Assembly: GCA_973895155.1 (NCBI GenBank)
Contig: OZ316896.1
Coordinates: 12,042,830-12,106,829 of the forward strand
DNA length: 64,000 nucleotides
Reading direction: 5' to 3'
DNA from: Marsupella aquatica
Lineage: Eukaryota > Plantae > Marchantiophyta
In this document: one piece after another, positions 48,801-63,009 of the stretch
Layout: the number at the start of each line of letters is the position of its first letter
Numbering within the stretch: the stretch's first letter is position 1
Program-made: the position numbers and the translations under genes
Notes under the pieces: generated by a model
Told to the model about the DNA's origin: nothing
The model's input: the letters and a program-made list of their open reading frames with translations, nothing else
Databases searched by the model: none

Positions 48801-51800
48801 TTGCAGTGCTAGTCATTGCCATATCTCTCTTCACCTGGTACCATCGTTACAACTTTCACTTGTGGCTGCAGCTGTTCCAACATGCGAGGCATTGGACATA
48901 GCTGGACCCCTGGTGGAAGGCGGGTCTCTCACTTTCAATGTCGTCTACAAGGGAGGGTGAGATGAATGCCCTTTAATCATTCTTTCTGTAGTAAGCCTTC
49001 CTCTCTATGTGCAGGATTTAATACGTCCTTCAGTATGTCGCAAGTGATATGATTTTTCCTGATGTTGCCGCTATTTTGCTAAGTATAGAGAGAAGGGAGC
49101 TTGCAAACATCAGTGGTATCGTCAATACACTGATGGGAGGGATCTCAGAGCGCTCGGCAGTGCTGGTGAGCAGTCTTGACCTTGAGGCATTGGAAGCAAG
49201 TGACTTCGTGGATTTAGGGGACTAATTCATCAGAAGGAAATCTAGTTGTGTCGAATTGAGAGCTTTGCAAGCTTCACAGTTTTCAGCAACAGTTTGGAAA
49301 GTACGAATTGGGCAATCTAATGTGAAGGACTGTCTGACTTTCTCATGTTTCTTTGTTTCAGAATACCTGGGCTTAACTTCAGAAGACGTTGGCTGTCGCC
49401 TTCGACTTGTATTTACACCTGTACGCAAAGATGGGTTAGCAGGAGAAACTCTTGCCGTTGTCTCAGATATTGTCGTGGATGGTACGTGCTACTTTTCTCA
49501 CTTTTAAGCGTAGTCCCTCAAAATATATTGGTTTTATTGAGTAACGTCATGATGGGGTTTACAAGCGGAGCTTTATTCTGCGCTCTAATTTGTTTCTGGT
49601 CAATTGGTCCGCAGCTGAGCCAGAGGGCAGACATCTCTTTGTTCCCGACTGCTTTGAGGACGTAGAAGTTGTGCCCCAAAGAGAATACTTTGGTGGGAAA
49701 GAAGGGCCTGGTGAATTTTCATGGTTTCAAGCCAACTCAAAGCCAGAAGGAGCTTATTTGCCAAAGGATGCAAGGTTTCTATACCATGGACTGTAAGTTC
49801 TTGCCTTAGATCCTTGTCGTACATGAATTTTGACCTTGCAAGATTTTTACTGAAGAGATCTGTATTTCTCTGTTGGGAAGAGGGGACGCTGCTCACGTTC
49901 ACTGTGATTTCTTTTGTTAAACTATGCGCTAATTACACCGTCCTTGGGGCAGGGTTTATACTCCTGCACTTGGCGATGTAGGGAAATATCTTGTACTGCG
50001 GTGGATTCCCGTACGTTCTGATGGCAGACGTGGTACACCGTGGGTTGCCTGTAGCAGAATGTCTGTTGTACCAGGTATATTACTACGCACTCATTATATA
50101 ATTCTAGGCTTGAGATTAGTAGCTCACTGTGTCTTCGGTGAGGATCGTTCCCTTGGTTGGTACCTGTGTACAAGGAGATGCATCGTTATTTGAACTTATG
50201 AAAGAGAACTTGTTTGTGAACAGCCCATCCGGCAGTCTACAACGTACATCTGAAAGAAGTGTCGCAAGGAGTGTTTATTGGTGAGGGTGAGTATTATGGT
50301 GGGTACGAAGGCCATAGCAAAATGAGTTGGTTTCGCCAGACACATGAAGGGTATCAGATGCTCATTCCAGGCGCCACATCTAAGACCTACGCTGTGACTG
50401 ATGATGACTACACCTCTCAAATCGTGTTTGGGTACGTCGGATGATTAAATTCTGATCTCTCAAGCCTGACACGAAGTCTGATGATACAAATCCAATGATT
50501 GAAACTTTCTAAATTTAATTCTGAATTAACTAACCAATTTTTCACATGTCCTTATTTTCTTTAAATGTCGTCGTCCCAGCTATACGCCTGTGCGGTCAGA
50601 TGGAGTTGTCGGTGAGCTTGCAATATCTGAAACTAGCGGTGTCATATATCCAGGTGAGTCATAATTGGTTCATGGACCGATAATTTAAGTAATCATTGTA
50701 TGTCTTATGCTCTTATGAACAGAACATTCTATTATCCCGTCTGACTCCTTCGTGGAATGGACTGCATGGACACCCAATCTCTTCAGAGCTACCGAGAATA
50801 CAGAAATTGGTCATTTCAGGGAAGGCAATTGAGGGTGAGGTCCTGACTGCACTGGAGGTGATACCAAAGGGAGATTCCCAGCAGAAATCTTGGGAAAAAT
50901 TCAAAAAAGAAATCAAGTACAGTTGGTAGGCTCCTCTACAATTCACCGACCACTAGTCACACCATCATTTTTGCGTTTGCGTGAAGGAATTATTGATCGT
51001 GACAAAGTCACTTTTTTCCCTTCGTGCGTCTGAGATTCTTGGGCGCTGTGGGGAGTCATTCTTTTTATAATAGTTTGGTGATCGTCTGTTGTGGCATGGA
51101 ACTAGAGGCTGTAATAATCCTGATATTTTTCCCACCTTGAGAAGTTTAAGAGAAGTTTAAGGGAAGTTTTAGGATGCCAAAGCCTTGTAAAATGTGAATT
51201 AGCTGTGAACTAAACAAGTCCATTGTAGCTGATTGTAAAACGGTTGGCATGTTTGTACACAGGTCTCGCTCACTATATGAGCATGGAGATGCTGAGGACT
51301 TTGAAACGATAGCGTTGCAGAGGGCTTGTACATACAAAGTTCGCCTGGAAGATGTTGGCTATTGCATGCGTTGTGAATGCATCATCTCCGACATCTTTGG
51401 CAGAATCGCTGAACCTGTCTCGTGTGTGACTCCTCCAGTTGGTCCAGGTATCTCCTTGTTGTCCCTGTGCTGTTTCTGAATTTCTATTTATCGAGTTTCT
51501 TTCCTGGTTTCTCAGGGTGGTAATCTGTTTTGACCACGTCTTCGCACGTCTTAGAACTCACTTTCTCCTGTTTACAGGTCTACCTCGAATCGACAAGTTG
51601 GAAGTAGAGGGACGTGGGTATCACACGAGTCTTTATGCAGTGAGGGGAATCTACTTTGGTGGCAAGGAGGGTAAAAGTTCCTTACAATGGTTTCGAGCAA
51701 TGGCTGGCAGCCCTGACCTTATTCCAATAAATGGTATGTAGTGGATGAAATGCTTGAAAGTACACCTGTTATTTGAGGACACACTCTTGCTTTGAAAGTA

Positions 51801-53493
51801 ATCCAATAACAGGCGTTTCGCGAGTTAAAAAACAATTAGTTGACATTTGGGCGTTCTTCTCAAGATTCTAATGTGGAAGAAGGCGAAAATCACGCCTTTT
51901 CTTCTCGACTTGGTGACAGACATAGCTCTGAATGGAGTCCTTATTACTCGCAGCAAGATGATGTGTTTATCATTAGACAGGTTACAAGTTCAGAAACTCG
52001 TCATTCACAATGAGCACATCTCCTACTTTGTTACACATTTACTATGCAACAGAATGGGTACAGTCTGTGACTAAGGGGTTTAAGTTTTCAGGTGAAACTG
52101 GGAGGATGTATGAAGCAAATGTGGATGATGTCGGCTATCGCCTAGTTGCAGTTTATACCCCTTTCCGAGAAGATGGTGTTCAAGGTGCCCCTACTTCAGC
52201 TTCAACAGAACCAATCCAAGTTGGTGAGTGAACTCTTCCTTGTAGATTCAAGAGCCATGCTGGTAGATTCAAGCGCCATGCTGGTGGATTCTGCGAAGAT
52301 GCGTGAAGACGTTTCTATGAGCACTAGGAATACATGGCATAATAAAGTTTGATTCTTTGTGCAGAGCCGGAGGTTGCAAGAGAAGTGAAGATGAAACTGG
52401 AAGTTGGTAAAGTGAAGTTTGAGGTACGTCATTCCTCTTGAACAGAATTTGTAATTTCAGGTACAACGGACATGACACGAATAGCTGCCACGGTCGATTT
52501 GTGATCATATATACATTATGGTTCGTTTAATCCTTATATCCTCTAATATGGCCGTACTTCAATTGCAGGCCTTGCGTGATCGAGATCGATCTCCGATGAA
52601 GGTTGGTAAATCTGACCATATCAATATCAATGGCTGCCTTGCGGAACTGATTGAATAGGAAGATTATCCATTGATTGAATATCAATGAGCATCTCGGTTA
52701 CTTCAAGGATCTGATCCTGAACAGACCATGAGAACCCCTCCAATTAAATGAATGCTAGGACTAGTGGGTATTGAAGATATGCATTAAGGTGTAGTCCTCA
52801 CAGAAGGAAGGAGTAGATGGTGGTTATATACCGTGAGGCCTGATCTTGGTATTGCATGCAGGCACAACAGCAGCAAGGGCTAGGCAGTCTGGAGCGAAGA
52901 GTTTTGAATGTGAACAACCAAAGAGTCAAGGTGGTGAAGCCTGCAAGCAAAACATCATTTTCATCCACTGAGATTCGTGGCACATACGCCCCACCTTTTC
53001 ATGTGAGCTCTCCTTATTTCCTAGTTTCAATTGTAATTTCGGATTTTACTGTGGTCAATGACATGGGGCTCTGAAGGCAAAAGGCGTCTCTATCGTCTCT
53101 CCCCTCTTAAGCTCTCTTCGTCTTCCAGTTGCCTTAAACCTTCCAAACTTGGAATGAACATATAATAAGTTATTGCTGTTGATTGCTGATCTCGGTCGAT
53201 GCGCACTGAAAGAGGTCACTTTCAGTTCTAGAGGGGAAGAGAGAGTGGTCGCTCTGTGGAAGTTCCTTGACAAAAGTGAGGTCCGAAAGTTCTTTAATTT
53301 CAGTTGTGGTTCTGGTTTGCAGGTGGAAATTTTTCGCAATGACCAGCACAGAGTTAAAATTGTCATTGACACAGAAAATGAGGTGGATTTGATGGTTCAA
53401 TCACGACATATCCGGGATGTTGTTGTGTTGGTTGTAAGAGGTCTTGCTCAAAGATATAACAGCACTCCCTTGAATCTGTTGCTAAAGATGTGA
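39861..53493 (+). CDS. AIR9: AIR9 (auxin-induced in root cultures 9), ~187-kDa microtubule-associated protein: Ser/Thr/basic N-terminus, LRRs, multiple A9 Ig-like repeats
   Basis: Large S/T-rich exon 39861-41417 ending VDVKAGDDV. LRR exons at e.g. 42130-42201, 42719-42784 (FVYLRDNKLSSLEGIEILKRLK) and 43078-43158 (VLDLSFNEF). Repeated GGxEGxSxxxW...DVGxxLxxxYTPVRxDG A9 units. Terminal exon ...VVRGLAQRYNSTPLNLLLKM*. Start ATG uncertain (39861/39864/39882). Confidence 0.95.
52243..52291. repeat. Short 21-bp tandem repeat in an AIR9 intron
   Basis: tagattcaag(a/c)gccatgctgg twice plus a partial third unit. Confidence 0.8.
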
Positions 53494-55899
53494 AGTGCAA
53501 GTAGCTTTTGCCTTCACTAGGCAACACTTGTGTTCATCCATACGGTTTTCTGAGCTGTCATGACCGAGTATGCCAGTGATGGGATCAATCATCGCTTGAT
53601 TTCTTCGTCTAACCATTATCAGGCAAGGGCCCTGATTTACCTTGACGATTTGGTGTGAGGGAAACCATGCATGTCTGATCGAGACCGAGTGACACCCCTC
53701 CAGAGTTCCAGGAAAGAGTTGGTGGACTTTTAGCTCTCTAAACGATACGAACTTTGCAGCCGGCCAGACCGTGTAACTGACGTGACTGATGTTGCGGAGT
53801 AGGGCCCTTCCCTTTTATAGATCGCACTTGAGAATAGTGAAGGAAGGAAGCACAATCTACGCTAGACACGGGGTTATTGGAGGGAGGAAGAGTGGCGTTG
53901 GTGAGTTCGTATTGCAGCAAGGCTATTAGGATCTATTCCTCTGTGAGTTTGGAGAAGTTAGAACGAATGCTGTTCTTCATTTTTAGCAAGTTAGCGAGTC
54001 AACTAGTGCGGGCTGGCAGACTTACCAAGGCCTAGTTCAATCTCGGGTGCTGCCAATACTCAATTAACTTACTAGTAGTCTGTGCTGTAGATGCCGAATC
54101 TTGGGCTCAAATATCAGTCTTCGTTGAGTACTGGTCAAGGTGGTTCTTTGTTTGCATGCATCTTTCATAGACAGCAGTTTTGAACCACGGTGGGCTCTGC
54201 TGGCTGCATGCCAGAGCTTTATATTTAGGGGAGTACTTGAAGGATATGTTCCCATCCTCTGGTAATATGATGTACCATTATTAATGTAACTTAGCCATAC
54301 CATGATGTCCGAGTTCATAATTGCCCTGGCTATGTATGATTGACAGATGGATGATTGTGAACTCTGAAAGTGCTCTCCGCAACAAATCTGTGCATATCAT
54401 CATGCCAACAAATGCTTCGTCACGTTTAACTCTGGAAAACAAGCACAAGCCATAGCTTGACCCTGTCATGTGTTCCTAAACAAATCCAAATCGGAGTACA
54501 ATTTCACAAGTTGCAGACACTCTACTAGGTATCCTCTTCCTGAAACCGGTTTAGATGAGAAGTTCCAATATGTGGGACTAAATCGTCGCACCTGGTGTGT
54601 TCCCCTTGTAGAATTCTACAGGAGGTGTTCAATCTCGCTAAAAAATCTGTCGAAGGCGAGAGAAATGGCCGCCACCTGATAAACTTAGAGAAAAAAGTGC
54701 TGAGTTCCTGAGAGGTGTTAGTCTGGGCAATATTAGAAACGTGGACTGAAATCTGACAATCGTACGTGACTTCCCATTTGAAGCATTCAAACCGGTAGTG
54801 CCACATGCTGCCTTGTATCATGGATACTGGTGAAAGCTTTTCGAATTTAGTGGTGTCACGTCACAGAAAACCCTGCCCATGTATCACCATAGATACGGTC
54901 ACAAGGTTGTCCACAGCAGTTCGAGCACCGTGCCTAACACTAAAACACGGCAGAGTCAAGCACATTGGAATTTGCCTACCATGGTATGTGGAGCTCGAGA
55001 AAGCGCAATGTTTTTTGGACTTCTTTTGCTTGAGTACCATGTCAGATTGAAAACAGCAACGGCCTGAGTTGGACAGTGTCCTCCTAGACGATCAGACTTC
55101 CGACGAGGATCCTTGATGGTGTGTAATGGCGGAGGAGTTTGTGCATTGAAAAACGAAATGGCGGTTCCAAACTCACTGAAGTCATCAGAGTTTTTTGTCA
55201 AGTGGCAGATGCAGGGAGAGAACGTTTCGAAGAGTGCCATTACACTAAGTCAACTATAACTATGTGTTCAACTTGAGAGCTGCAATGGACAGTGAGCAAT
55301 GTTCAAGAGTGCCATTACCCTTAATCACCAAGAGTTCCTGTGCTCAAATTTGAGAGCTGCGAATGGACAGTGAGCAATGGACCTTGACGCAACATAAAAT
55401 AATAAGTTCTTGAGGATGCTATGTACACAATGGGCCTCCGTGCAGAGTGAGAGATGAGAAATCAGCACATCACTCACAGGGAAGGGGGAGCTCGGCTATG
55501 GTGGACTTGATGCTGATGCCTCACATCACAGAGACATCCTCGTTGCCACATGCTCCCAGCCAAAAGCATATCCAAAGGAGCCCCTCGGCCAACCGGACCC
55601 GAGTATTTGTGAGTCAACAACTCTTATGGTGGTTTTTAGGGTTACTCATTTGTGGGCTTAACTCACCACAATTTCCCACTTCCACCCTCTACTGACATTT
55701 AGGTATAACTCTATCAATGAGTGCCAAACAATTTAACGAGCATTGGGATTGCTCTTAGGGGGGCTTTACAAGACCTTGGGGGCAATTTGAGTGTTTTCTT
55801 GCCAAAGCTAATCTATCGGCCATCTGACATCCTAAAGATAGTGTACCAGGGCAGAGAGGTTGGAATCATTATATCCTGTAAAGAAAACTCCAACAAAGC

Positions 55900-56120
55900 T
55901 AGAATAATATGCAGGAGACAATTTGGAAAATCTTGAACAAAAATGTGCTCCACATAAGCAAAACTTGGGCCCTATGTCGGATCGGGCAACAGTTTAGAAA
56001 GAAATGCCCCCCCATTGTTTTCTAAAGTGCATAGCAGCTGTATCTCCCCAATGGATGGCCCCGGTCACATAGTGTAGACCATAAAAAATTGAAAGTGCCT
56101 CCAATGTCTTGTAAAACCAT
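55900..56120 (+). repeat. Dispersed repeat family, copy 3
   Basis: tgtgctccacataagcaaaacttgggccc...tctccccaatggatggcccc...aaaaaattgaaagtgcctcca matches 13238-13405. Confidence 0.75.
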
Positions 56121-59100
56121 CCTTAGGGAGCATCCACAACAGCACTCTCCATCAGGGCCTGGCCAATCGATATTGTTTCTGGAGCATGAAGTTTTTCTGC
56201 TTACACCAGTTCCTGCTATCCCTATACTTTTTCCAGAGAGATCATGGGAGGAAATGCAGACTGGCTTGGCAAACTGCATTGATGCCTGCCACACTGCCAC
56301 ATGAGCAAATTGGAGACCAACTTCAGTGTTCCTCCACACTCTCTACATTAGTTGCTGCAATCATGGCATTCCCCATTGATAGCCACTGGTGCTTGACAGT
56401 TTGCATTTGAGAGGGCTTGACACTGGGTGCTCTGTCACAGGAGCATGCCCAAATGACAGCCACTGGTGCATGACAGTTTTCATTTGGGAGGAGTTGACAC
56501 TCCTGGCCTACATCTGCATCCTTTAATGATAAAGATGTTTACCAGCAGAAAGCTGGAAACCTTGTGCGTATGCTCTTACAGGTCCGTTTTCCATGCTATG
56601 CATAAGACTACTATATATATACTATACTATCCAAGGAAACTCAATGTCTCAAAATGTACTATCTGGGCCGTGAGAGTCCATCCTGACATAATGTTAAACC
56701 TCTCAGTCCATGACAGCTTTGGTTTTCAAGTTGTGTTGAGTTTGTAGATCATGAGTAAATCTATAGCAGTTACTTTCACCTGCCCCCAAAATTATGTCCT
56801 CTCAGCCACCATACTTAGGCATGTTTGAAGCCTGTTTATTTGAACATTTCATTGACTCATTTGAGATTTTTGTAGTTTGTTCAACGCACTGACAGTGAAT
56901 TGCATTGGTTAAACATTAGTTTTGTATTAGAGTTGTAATGTGGCCACATCTGGGTGAGTCAACTTCTATTACACTTGGTCTGCGTTGAATTGAGCATTGT
57001 CTCTCAATTGAACTACTTAGTATTCCAACAGGGGCTCGATTTGTAAGAAGGGTTGGGATGTGCTTATCTCTAAGTTCTGCTGGATCAAAATGAGACAACT
57101 CTGATAGAGTTCACAGAATTGCCCTGCACCTCAACCAGACTTTTGTGAGTTAACTACTGTAGCTACATACCTCTGCGATATTGTTAAAAAAAAGACACCC
57201 CTCAATGCTCTCCCCTCCTTGTTCCATCCATGCACATGAGTCATCATCAAACCTTGATTTGTTTTTTTAATGTTAATCATTTAAAAAACTTTTATGGTAG
57301 TAATTTCCCCAGTACCTTTAGATTTTATTTTACTAACTTCTCCAATAATGCAAACTGCAGACGGTGGGTCCTAGCTCTCCTCTCCTACTCATGGATGGGG
57401 AGGGGAGGTTATTCATTGATATTCATGCATTTTTGCCTTTACCTTCGCATTTTCCTGTGTCCTTCTGAACAGTCTTCTCCTCTCCTCTCCTCTCCTCTCC
57501 TTTCCAGTTCCTTCTTTGCCTCCCCTTTTTACTTCCCTCTTTCTTTGACACCTTCCTTTTTTGCTTCCCTCCTTCTATGACACCCCTTACACTTTCTTCT
57601 TTGCCTTCCATTGGCTTTCCTTTTTCTTTGGCACAGAAACACTACACTTTGGAAGACAACCACATTTGACACACCTATCACTTTTCTTCTGTGCCACACA
57701 CAACAGTATTATCTGTAACATGACCACTTTGACACCCCTCTCACTCCCCTTTCCCTTTTTCTCTGGCACAGACAGCACCATAATGTGTAACATGACCACT
57801 TTGACACCCCTTTCACGTTTCTTCTTTCTCTCCCTTTTTTTTTTTTTTTTTTTTCATTTGGCATAGAATAGAAAACACTATAATTTAAGACGACCACTGT
57901 AAAGAAGTGGTGGGGGCCTCTTGTATAGTTTTTAATTCCACCATAGCTTCATGAGTCAGTTGTTGGTGGGAGAATTCATGGTGACTCGCTTTTCAGGCTT
58001 AACAGTGATCATCCTAACTTCCTTTCACCAATTCTTTGACTGTATTGTGCGGAATTGAGTTCTGTCGGTGTCTTGTTTGCAAAACAACTTCTCAATTGCA
58101 GTTGGCATTTTTCAGCTGTTGTGCTTTTCAATTGCCGGTTTTCTGTTCGGTGGGGTGTGTGGAAAACAAAGAATTCAGACCCCTCAGAACACAGCTTCCA
58201 GCTCATTCCTGTGAGATGGGGAGGCCCCATCGCTTTTCTGTCCTGATCGACGTAAATTCTCTCATTTGTGCGTACTAATAACGACACCACTGCAGCCGGT
58301 GTCCATAGTCATCACCACTACAGTACCACCCATAGATAATTGCAGGGATGTCCAGGCACAGGACGCGCCGTAAGTAGAGGTCTTTACGAGAACATAGCTG
58401 ATGGCAAAGTGTCGGAAGTCTCGGCCATCAAGCCGGTAACTGAATTTTGCAGCGAAGCAAAGTTGGGTGATCGCTTTCGACTTTTCGAGGTTTGGGGGCA
58501 CACGATGACATGACACTGAGGACTTACTGCAGTAGTTCTCCTGGCCATGTGTTTAATTGGGCGGATTCATTGCTGTGATGCTCCCGAGAAATGATTGCGC
58601 TCATAAGCATCATCCCAATAAAGTTCCATTGATGTGTTGCTGAAAACAAGGGCGCCTGATACAAAAGGGAAACAGTGCACCTTTAGGCCCTAAAATATAC
58701 TATTATTATATCTTACGTTATGGAGTGCGACTCACTCAGAAATAAGTCGCCAGGTTGGGGCCCAGAATCTCAGATAATCAAAGCGTAGCCACAATACCCC
58801 GGCCGGCTTTTCGTTGATGAAATTTGGACATTGACAATCACTGAGCCGGACTCGGCGTGAATTCCCAAGTTCGTCAATGCGATTCCTCAATTTCAATTAA
58901 TTCCGAGCATGCAGTTCATTTTGAACTTTACGTTCACCTGATCTAGTATGACAAAGTGTTACACGGCAAAACATAGCGATTGTACGGACTTAGTAATCTG
59001 AAGACTCATCAAATGATCTGAAGACTCATCTTGCATCCAACTGATCTACAGTAGTATGAACAGACTGTTATCCGACACGAAACAGTCACTTTACAGATGT

Positions 59101-60134
59101 AGGACCTGAAGACTGATACAATTCCGAGACTTTTTGAGCTGCTACGAGCGATTGAAAGGCTTAATTATAATCAGCAACTTTCCAGATCATTCCATGCATT
59201 TTAGTCGAGATAATCGCTCATATTTACATACGTCTGTTCTCGGCCATAGCCATTTCTCTTACGAAAGCCAGAACTTCGAGTGAGGCGGAGAAACAATATC
59301 AATACCTGTATTTGAAGCCATAAGTCTCTGACATCGAAATCGTGCAAGCTTGTGAACAATATCCACCTTTCTACCTATTTCAAGTATCAGACACGAACCC
59401 TCCATAAGCTGATAGTTTTCTGTGTACAAAATCTAACGGAATGTATGAATTTGAAGTGCGCTGGGTCGATACGAATAGGCCCCGACAGTATGGCACAAAG
59501 CAAAATGCAAGATACAACCTGTCTAGGTAGAAATCAAGAGACTAGCTAAAAATCTGGTCTGAATCTCCGATCACTACAAGACGTGTAATCGGGCGTGTAA
59601 TGAACTGACCACCACAATTTTATCCAAGAGTGACATACTTGCATAGAAGTACAGAAAGTGGTTAATTCATCTGCCGATAGTTGAAGCGTATTGAGGTCAA
59701 CATGAAGTTCGATAGACCAGCAATCAAGCTTATGGATCAGTCAAGACTGCTTTGCATGAACCTCAGAGAAGCACCAAAACTACGAGAGAAACAGTTTCGA
59801 ATACATTCCCAAAAACTATTCGATGCAATCAAGTTTGGGCTCAAGTTTCCAACCGCTTTTGGAATCTCCAACTGTACAACAGCGTCTACGTTAATGGCGT
59901 CCAGTGACGCGCGCCGGACGAACGGATATATTCAGTGGAATGACGCAATGTGGCGAAATTTCACCCAGCTCGCTAGGAATTCACTCTCGTCGAGCAGACA
60001 GGCAGAGATTGGTGCTGGCCTCATGCTATTGACGATGAATCGTGGTCGTCAAGCAGGCTAAGCCTTGGCTTCCAGAATTTTGTCAAGAGTCTACCTAACA
60101 TCTCCAACATCGATCTTCTCGGCGAGTCAATGAA

Positions 60135-61622
60135 TCAAGACACAGGATCGCACATGGGTAAGTAGGCCCCGTTTGAAGGAACGCAATGTTGATTGCGAAG
60201 GCGGTTCATGCGGTCCACGTGAATGTTCAACAGCGGCACCAAGCTCTCTGGTCCCTCCTAACTGGGCAACACTACAATGCCGTCCATGAGCGGGCGTGGG
60301 GGTGAGTTCCTGGCTGCCAGAGTTGGTCGGCCCCATCCGAAATCCATGTCGTGCAGTGGGCACAATGTCCAAAACGTTGGGGCGACGTCCTGGCCTATGG
60401 AAAGGACTTGCCCCCGGAGTGATTCAGTGGGCTTGGCTGGTGAGCTTCCTTGAATCTCGACCCAATCGATAAGCGATCTAAAGTAATCTCCAGAGATGCT
60501 GCGCGTGGCTTTTCTGATGAGGCTTGCTGTATGCGCCAGGGGCTTGTTCAAGATCTCCTCCTCGGTAGCAACTGCACAAGTGCTACACATAACGTTCCCA
60601 AAGTACCCAGCTGGCAGATTCAGTGTCTTCCTCCCTTCAACAGATATGAAGAATCTGGTGAGTGAAAGATCTGGTTCGGATGAATTTTTGGACTCCTCGC
60701 GGTCTCCCTCCCCAGGCTCTGCTGCTCTGACCTTCGTAACCATTTCTCGCCACAAATGTGCAGACATGGATTCCGCGGTAGTGAAGTAGCCACTTTCATC
60801 AGTTTCCAAGCTCCTGATCATGTTCTCCTCAATTCCTTGCTTTTGGTATTTCGTCAGCTCGGAATTCGAGGTCAGCATCTTGCTGATCACTCCAGTACTC
60901 CTGTCATATCCGTTGACAAGGGAAGAATCTGGATTTCCTTGAGATTTTAGCAGGAACCGGTCGTGATTTGGGTGAAGAGAGAGCTCACGGCCAGCTCCAA
61001 TCTCTGCCCAGGACTTCATGAACAGGCAACCGGACCAGCCATCAGCCACCGTGTGGTGCCAGTTCGCTGCAATCGCAACACTCCCACACTCGAACCTCGT
61101 CACCTGGACAACCAACGTGGGCATGGAAGTGATCTGATCAGGAATGTAATGAGGGCCTTTCCCCAATCCGGCGACTTCCAAGCCAGACAACGAGTACATT
61201 GGCCGTGGTCCACCAATTGCACTCAGCTCAGCATCCACGACTGCTTCAATGAACACAGCTCCTGCATCGTTGCAATGAATGTCCACCTGCCCATCCTTTC
61301 TGAGGGCCAATCGACCCGCCAAGGGGTAGAAGTGCATAAGAGCTTTGGCAAGGGCGTCCTTGAGACATCTGGTGATCTCCTGGAACTGACAGTTAGAGTA
61401 CTCCAGCAAGTTCACGTAGACAAGGATGACACTGCTAAAAGTCGGATATACAACCCGATCCAAATTGCTGAGAGGCAACCAATGCTCCTTCGTTGGCTTG
61501 GCAGGTATAACCATAGACCTTGACGTGGGTCGTATTCTCACTTCTGGATAGTCATCACCGATTGATAAAAATGACAGTCGCTTAACGTCGGAAACCCTTC
61601 TGCGGGTGGCTCTTGAAGCCAT
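60135..61622 (-). pseudogene. Intronless BAHD acyltransferase (HCT/HHT-like) with a probable premature TAG near the C-terminus
   Basis: LPLSNLD, HFYPLAGRL, QVTRFECG, HHTVADG (HXXXD), YFGN and DFGWG motifs. The TAG at 60258-60260 is followed in frame by EGPESLVPLLNIHVDRMNRL..., resembling the final BAHD strand and helix, to TGA at 60135-60137. Likely start MASRATRRR at 61622. Confidence 0.8.
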
Positions 61623-61854
61623 CAATGTACAGTAATTTCTCACGTATGTTTCTACAATTCAGTATCTCTGGAATCCAATGGCAAGGTGTAGCTAGATCGA
61701 TGTCCATGCCAACTGTAACATTATTACCTCAGTCTTGGATTCGCAGACAATCTCTTGACAGAAAGACCGGTCGATCTAGCAATTTACTACAGAAATTGAC
61801 TGTAGATCGAGTGGCCTCAATCCAGAGAGATGTCACCTGAGCTACGAACAGTAT

Positions 61855-62200
61855 CTTTTTGTGTTTCATGCATTGCTTTTACTGAATTGTCAACGAGCGG
61901 GACATAGATAGAACAGGTGGTCTAGCAGAACGGCTTCAGGACTTTACAGAGATCGATGAAGCACTACCTGAGGTTTCGTTAGTCTTTAAAGTGCCTTTAA
62001 TGCATTGTCAACAACTGAGCGGGAGATAGATAGAACAGGTGGTCCAGCAGAACAGCTAAGTCAGGACTACACCAAGATGACTACATGAGGTTTTGTTAGT
62101 GTTTGTTTAAATTGCCTCAGTTTACTGACTTGTCAACAAGCGGGAGATAGTTAGAACAGGTACGTGGTCCAGCAGAACAGCTTCAGGACGTCACCGAGAT
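61855..62200. repeat. Three imperfect ~120-bp tandem repeats upstream of the BAHD gene
   Basis: ttgtcaac..agcggga.atag.tagaacagg...tggtc.agcagaac.gct..caggac present three times. Confidence 0.85.
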
Positions 62201-62459
62201 GAAGCGCCACCACGTGAGCTTAGGGAGGGTCGACAACAACAGGCGCCGGACCAGAGGATCGAGCAGGTCCTGCAGATTCTGGAGGCTTTTCATTTCGAGT
62301 GGGTACCCTCTTAGGCTTTCGATCAACAGCGGGGCCCATGTTCACTAAAAAGTGCCAACCCAATAATGTCAGTAGCTGGGCCCAGGCGAATGTGGACTGA
62401 TACGTCTTGCCCATCTCTGTGCCGCTTTGGTTGATCCCATTTTCTCTGGTTTGTCTTCA

Positions 62460-62762
62460 ATGTGGCCTGCTTTGGTTTCGGAGCGTATATGCAACCACAA
62501 AACATGCCAACTTGCATTCGCTGTGAAAGAAGTGAGACCGTTTGGTGTACGTAGAAGAATGTGTCCTGCTTTGGTTTTGGAGCGTATATTCATCCACGAA
62601 AACATGCCAACTTGGATTCGGTGTGAAAGAAGTGAGACCGTTTGGCGTAGAAGAAGTGAGACCGTATGACCTGTTACATCTTGGGTTTGGAAGCTTGCGT
62701 TTAGCGACAAAAACCATGCCAAATTTGCCAACTTGGATTTGGCGTGGAAGAAGTGAGATAGG
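62460..62762. repeat. Imperfect ~103-bp tandem repeats
   Basis: ctgctttggttt.ggagcgtatat...aaaacatgccaacttg.attcg.tgtgaaagaagtgagaccgtttgg twice, plus partial units. Confidence 0.85.
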
Positions 62763-63009
62763 TCAGCCGATTGTCCTCCCAAGCTCAAACTTGGTGCCCT
62801 GAAAGGGCTCGAAATTACAAGAGTGTTTTTAAAACGCAGGCAAGCAAGGAATTTTGCTAGTGAGGAAGAGTATTGTTAATGAGTCACCTCCCTGTTTCCC
62901 TTTTGTCCCGTTCGTCTTGGTCATTGTCATGGTAGCAAGAGGACCCCACACGATGACATACTGGATGTGGATGTGGTACTTGGCTATTACTTGTGATTCA
63001 GGGTATGAT

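Noticed and set aside
59681-60061. 126-aa ORF downstream of BAHD
   Set aside because: Non-ATG start, no recognisable domain or splice structure.
60450-61523. Plus-strand ORFs overlapping the BAHD gene
   Set aside because: Antisense shadows with no recognisable motifs.
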